DNA of 37,554 nucleotides from NCBI GenBank assembly GCA_013151875.1, contig JAADHL010000179.1, positions 1 through 37,554 of the forward strand, given 5' to 3'. Source of the stretch: Deltaproteobacteria bacterium (GTDB lineage: Bacteria > Myxococcota_A > UBA9042 > DTJE01). How positions within the stretch are numbered: the stretch's first letter is position 1; every line of letters begins with the position of its first letter. Positions 34,152 to 37,554 of the stretch are shown here, piece after piece. The position numbers and the translations under genes were made by a program. The notes under the pieces were generated by a model that was not told the origin of the DNA, made no database searches, and worked only from the letters and a program-made list of their open reading frames with translations.

Positions 34152-34862
34152 TTACAATTGCCACCATAGATCTATTACGGGATACACGGGGAGTTCCCTG
34201 TTGTCCGGGACGATGTCGCCGTTGGTGCGGGTGGTGGTGCCTACCTGGATCGGAAACCGTCCCACGGCAAGGCCCACCTTGAGCCTCATTCGGTAAAACG
34301 CGTGGCTGTAGGCCAGGATGATGGTAGGCGTGGTCAGACCGCCGCCGTCCCAGTAGTACTCGTCCTGGACATGCAGGCTCAGCAGGTCCGAGTCGGTGAT
34401 CAGTACCGAAAAGCTGCTGCCGAACATTACCCCGTGCGTGATGGGCGAGAGGTCCAGCAGGTATCCGGCCTCGGCGGAAATGACTACCCGCCAGTTTATC
34501 GGGAAGGACACCGTCGGAAAGAAGGACACCGTTCCGGGGAAGGACTTGCTGTCCAGAAACGTCTGGATGTAACCCAGGTTGAAAGCCAGGGCGGCATCCC
34601 CGTCGTATGCCTTCCACTTCAGCAGCGCGTTCGGGGTCAGAAGAAGGTGCAGGACGGGATGGGTTACGATCATCAACTGATCCAGCAGGCCGTAACGGAT
34701 GGGTCCCAGTATGCCGACCGTGAGGTCGCCTTCCTCCAGGGTATAGGCGGTCCCGTCCAGTACCTGCCTCACTTCGCCGAAACCGGCCTGGGCCCGGGCC
34801 GGTCGCGGGATCGCCGCCGCCGCGATCAGCGTGAATGCCAACAGTGTTTTGCGCCACCCCAT
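34152..34862 (-). CDS. hypothetical secreted protein, possibly a small outer-membrane beta-barrel
   Basis: ORF 34152..34862. Signal peptide MGWRKTLLAFTLIAAAAIPRPARAQA. It shows alternating hydrophobic/polar beta-strand-like segments with frequent G/Y/F and an aromatic-rich C-terminus (DLWWQL). I recognised no named family. Confidence 0.5.
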   Translation of the reverse strand: MGWRKTLLAFTLIAAAAIPRPARAQAGFGEVRQVLDGTAYTLEEGDLTVGILGPIRYGLLDQLMIVTHPVLHLLLTPNALLKWKAYDGDAALAFNLGYIQTFLDSKSFPGTVSFFPTVSFPINWRVVISAEAGYLLDLSPITHGVMFGSSFSVLITDSDLLSLHVQDEYYWDGGGLTTPTIILAYSHAFYRMRLKVGLAVGRFPIQVGTTTRTNGDIVPDNRELPVYPVIDLWWQL

Positions 34863-34995
34863 CGGGAAAGCCTGACCAACGCCCGTTTACGACGGACGAG
34901 GCTAACCCCCCGGTCCGGTGTTGGCAAGGTCGCCGATATGATTGTAGCCGGCGGATCGCGAAATACGGGTGGCGAAAGACAGGTTGCGAAAGCAG

Positions 34996-35025
34996 TGGAA
35001 ACAGTAAAGACAAAACTGCTACAAT
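34996..35025 (+). promoter_or_regulatory. candidate sigma70-type promoter for the cysteine-rich lipoprotein gene
   Basis: TGGAAA (34996..35001), an 18-nt spacer, then TACAAT (35020..35025), in a locally AT-rich stretch 35 nt upstream of the ATG at 35060, which has GGAGGAAG as RBS. This is a pattern match only. Confidence 0.3.
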
Positions 35026-35059
35026 CTTTTTCAAGTTTTCGAAAGTCTTGGAGGAAGTC

Positions 35060-37048
35060 ATGTCTCGCGCATCCGGAAAACTGCCGCGGCTGTCTACGGT
35101 GGCCATGCTGGTTGGTCTGGCGGCCCTCTTTACCGCCTGCCCGGATTCGTCCCCACCCGGGGACCTGATCCAGACCGACCTGGCCGTTCCGGACGTTGAC
35201 GCCGCGTCTGATGTTTTGACCGACACCCCCGGGGAGGTGGGCCCCTCGCCATGCATAGTAGACGCGGACTGCCCTGACGGCATGGTGTGCGACCCCGACC
35301 TGAACGTGTGCGTGCAGTGTCTGAGCGACGACGATTGCCCCGAGGGGTTCAGGTGCAACCAGGACCGATGCGTGGAGGTCATACTCTGCGCGGACCTGAC
35401 CTGTCCCGTACCCCTGGTATGCGATCCGGGTACGATGACCTGCGTGGACTGCCTGGTTGACCAGGATTGTCCCGAGGGTTTCGAGTGCAAGGACAAAGCC
35501 TGCGTCGAAAAGGCCAAGCCCTGCAGTGAGGGCGGCGAGTGCCCGCCGGGGACCGTGTGCAACGTGGACGCGAACACCTGCGTCGAGTGCCTCGGCGACG
35601 GGGACTGCCCCGAGAATTCCTACTGCGACCCGGCGACAATGACCTGCGAAAAAATGCTTTGCGAGCCGGGCGTCACCGATTGCGTGGGCAACGCAGTGGT
35701 CGTGTGTCGCGATAACGGCGGGGGCCGGGACTTGCTCCAGACCTGCCCCACGAGCTGGGTCTGCGTGGACGGCGAGTGCGTCGAAAACTGCGAGGCGGAC
35801 TGCGAGGGCAAGGAATGCGGGTCCGATGGGTGCGGCGGCGATTGCGGCGCCTGTCCGGACGGCACTTTTTGCGAGGATTACACCTGCAAGAAGGAATGCG
35901 TCCCGGAGTGCGGCGGCAAGGAGTGCGGCGCAAACGGCTGCGGCGGCGTGTGCGGGACCTGCGCCGACCAGCAGACCTGCTCCGACGGCCAGTGCCTGTC
36001 GTTGATCTCGTGCGCCAAGGGCATCGACTGTATGTTCCTGTGCAGCATGCCTTTTGATGAGTGCTGGGATCAGTGCTCCGGTAAGGTCGCCCCCGGCGCT
36101 GAACACGAGCAGTTCCTCAAGCTGTTCGATTGTGTAAGCGGGGCCTGCCAGGACACTGCCGGCGGTGGAATCGACCCCGGCTGTTTTGAAAAGGTCACGA
36201 AAGCCGTGTGCCTCGACATCTATAACGAGTGCATCGAGTGCAAATCCGACTGCACGGGCAAGGAATGCGGTCCTGATGGGTGCTCAGGGACCTGCGGAAT
36301 CTGTCCCGCGGACTCGTATTGCGAGGACTTCAAGTGCAAGACCGTCTGCCTGCCGCAGTGCACCGGCAAGGAGTGCGGGACGGATGGGTGCGGGGGCGTT
36401 TGCGGGTCCTGCCCGGACGGGTTCGACTGCGTGGGCGGGTTGTGCAACTGCGTCCCGGACTGCGCGGGCAAGGTCTGCGGAGCCGATGGTGGCGGCGGCA
36501 CCTGCGGTACGTGCGCCAATTCCTGCACGGGTGACACCGACGACCCATCGCTGTGCGTGGGCGGCGCCTGCATGCAGGTTTGCTGTCCGTACTGTGACGG
36601 CAAGGAATGCGGCGACGACGGTTGCGGTGGGGTGTGCGGGTTCTGTCCCGACGGGTCGGGGTGCGAGGACGGCCAGTGCATTGGCGTGTGCCTGCCGGAT
36701 TGCATCGGCAAGCAATGCGGCCCCGACGGCTGCGGCGACTCTTGCGGAACGTGCGCGGACGGGTTTTTCTGCAACATGAAGGGCCTGTGCCAGCCCCTGT
36801 GCGTGCCCCAGTGCAAGGGCAGGGACTGCGGGGCGGACGGGTGCGGCGGCGATTGCGGGATCTGTTCCAGTGTCGAGTATTGCGATTTCGGGGTTTGCAA
36901 GCCGTTCCATTCCTGCCTGGACATGGTCGAATGCTTTCAGACATGCGGCTACAACGAACAGTGTTACAACAAGTGCTGGCTGGACGCGGCGCCGGAGTCC
37001 AAGCAGCAATACAATGACTTGTGGCAGTGCCTGCTGGACGCCTGTTGA
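35060..37048 (+). CDS. modular cysteine-rich repeat lipoprotein (662 codons up to an in-frame TGA)
   Basis: Internal ATG at 35060 of ORF 34835..37048. Signal peptide with lipobox-like LFTAC (MSRASGKLPRLSTVAMLVGLAALFTAC). It has 4 copies of C-x-x-D-x-DCP-x-G-x-x-C modules (35252..35659) and 8 copies of C-x-GKECG-x-DGCGG-x-CG-x-C units, separated by two spacer modules of about 80 aa. Confidence 0.8.
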   Translation: MSRASGKLPRLSTVAMLVGLAALFTACPDSSPPGDLIQTDLAVPDVDAASDVLTDTPGEVGPSPCIVDADCPDGMVCDPDLNVCVQCLSDDDCPEGFRCNQDRCVEVILCADLTCPVPLVCDPGTMTCVDCLVDQDCPEGFECKDKACVEKAKPCSEGGECPPGTVCNVDANTCVECLGDGDCPENSYCDPATMTCEKMLCEPGVTDCVGNAVVVCRDNGGGRDLLQTCPTSWVCVDGECVENCEADCEGKECGSDGCGGDCGACPDGTFCEDYTCKKECVPECGGKECGANGCGGVCGTCADQQTCSDGQCLSLISCAKGIDCMFLCSMPFDECWDQCSGKVAPGAEHEQFLKLFDCVSGACQDTAGGGIDPGCFEKVTKAVCLDIYNECIECKSDCTGKECGPDGCSGTCGICPADSYCEDFKCKTVCLPQCTGKECGTDGCGGVCGSCPDGFDCVGGLCNCVPDCAGKVCGADGGGGTCGTCANSCTGDTDDPSLCVGGACMQVCCPYCDGKECGDDGCGGVCGFCPDGSGCEDGQCIGVCLPDCIGKQCGPDGCGDSCGTCADGFFCNMKGLCQPLCVPQCKGRDCGADGCGGDCGICSSVEYCDFGVCKPFHSCLDMVECFQTCGYNEQCYNKCWLDAAPESKQQYNDLWQCLLDAC

Positions 37049-37554
37049 CAGGACGGTTCGGACCAGTGCTATCAGAACGCCTACCTTGGGGCCTGCAAGG
37101 AACAGTATTACGCCTGCATGAACTGCACCCCCAACTGTACCGGCAAGGAATGCGGCGACGACGGTTGCGGTGGTTCGTGCGGCGCCTGCGTGGGCGGCGG
37201 GCAGTGTTCGCCGGCCGGACTGTGCCCCTGTGTCCCGAGTTGCGGCAACAAGGAATGCGGCCCCAACGGTTGCGGTGGTTCGTGCGGCGAGTGCCCGGAC
37301 AACAAGGTATGCAGCATCTGGGGACAGTGCACGTGCATCCCCAACTGCCTGGACAAACAGTGCGGAAACGACGGTTGCGGCGGTTCGTGCGGCAAGTGTC
37401 CGACCGGATACGTATGCGCCTCCGGCAAGTGCCAGCAGAACTGCACCCCGAGTTGCGCGGGCAAGGAATGCGGCGGGGACGGATGTGGTGGTGTGTGTGG
37501 GGTCTGCAAGGATGGGTACGACTGTCAGAACGGCAAGTGCGTGAACACGTGCAC
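35789..37554 (+). repeat. intragenic array of imperfect coding repeats of about 100 nt (12 or more CxGKECGxDGCGGxCGxC units in three blocks)
   Basis: Unit blocks lie at about 35789..35995 (2 units), 36242..36907 (6 units) and 37127..37554 (4 or more units). Recurring DNA strings are GGCAAGGAATGCGG and GACGG(T/G)TGCGG(T/C)GG. The blocks are separated by two related spacer modules (35996..36241 and 36908..37126). Confidence 0.85.
37049..37554 (+). CDS. continuation of the cysteine-rich repeat protein in the same frame after TGA 37046..37048 (open to the window edge)
   Basis: My own translation of the frame of 35060..37048 beyond the TGA: QDGSDQCYQNAYLGACKEQYYACMNCTPNCTGKECGDDGCGGSCGAC...CGNKECGPNGCGGSCGEC...CLDKQCGNDGCGGSCGKC...CAGKECGGDGCGGVCGVCKDGYDCQNGKCVNTC. 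No stop occurs up to 37554. It is absent from the ORF track because it is open-ended. Whether it is translated depends on how the TGA is interpreted. Confidence 0.55.

Noticed and set aside
37046-37048. Genome-wide reassignment of TGA (for example to Gly or Trp) as the explanation for the in-frame stop.
   Set aside because: Several well-supported genes in this window terminate at TGA at family-appropriate lengths and with coupled ATGA/TGATG junctions (3250, 14856, 19345, 20945, 25335). The high GC content is also unlike known TGA-recoded lineages.
37049-37110. A bacterial SECIS stem-loop directly after the in-frame TGA.
   Set aside because: By eye I find only a 3-bp stem with a UCGG loop (37055..37064), extendable to 5 bp with a bulge. 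That is too short and too close to the UGA compared with the fdhF-type element. I leave it as untested and do not claim it.
35789-37554. Regularly spaced repeats of about 100 nt that could superficially suggest a CRISPR array or satellite.
   Set aside because: The repeats are imperfect, contiguous without unique spacers, and lie in one long open reading frame encoding a conserved Cys pattern. No cas genes are nearby. They are coding repeats.
1-37554. Mobile elements, prophage, integrons, toxin-antitoxin pairs, and tRNA or rRNA genes.
   Set aside because: I recognised no transposase, integrase or recombinase motifs, no terminal inverted repeats and no cloverleaf-like sequences in the intergenic regions. 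The intergenic regions are short (mostly under 250 nt).

Overview
About 37.5 kb of GC-rich bacterial chromosome. I recognised no rRNA, tRNA, CRISPR array, transposase or integrase. I call about 30 protein-coding regions. CDS coordinates include the stop codon. I re-picked starts from the ORF track wherever an internal ATG/TTG with a GGAGG-type RBS or a family-typical N-terminus fits better.

Gene content, left to right:
- a truncated hypothetical gene;
- a secreted HEAT-repeat protein;
- a small orphan protein and a 1193-aa zinc-ribbon / Ser-Thr kinase / STAND-ATPase / TPR protein;
- an SGNH lipoprotein;
- a PiT phosphate transporter with its DUF47 (PhoU-like) partner;
- three housekeeping-type genes (hypothetical, SAM methyltransferase, cytidylate-kinase-like);
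- a tightly coupled minus-strand operon of about 9.8 kb (22366 down to 12571): MBOAT, SGNH, a split class II aldolase, two nucleotidyltransferases, GtrA, GT2, a GDPD-like protein and a large GT-C-like membrane protein;
- a divergent third SGNH-like gene;
- an SDR, an RND adaptor, an RND pump and a His/Cys-rich small protein;
- a malate dehydrogenase with elongated loops;
- an AsnB-like amidotransferase with a GtrB/ArnC-like GT2;
- a low-complexity membrane-anchored protein;
- a putative beta-barrel protein;
- a very cysteine-rich modular lipoprotein that runs off the right edge.

The items most worth following up:
1. An in-frame TGA (37046..37048) splits the cysteine-rich repeat protein, and the frame stays open and homologous beyond it.
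2. The repeat architecture of that protein.
3. The composite envelope-glycan modification operon, including a frameshift-split aldolase.
4. The RND pair with no outer-membrane factor but an Hpn-like His/Cys-rich protein ending in a poly-lysine tail.

The gene content suggests a Myxococcota- or Desulfobacterota-like organism. That is inference only. All functional calls rest on motif recognition by eye, and no database search was run.
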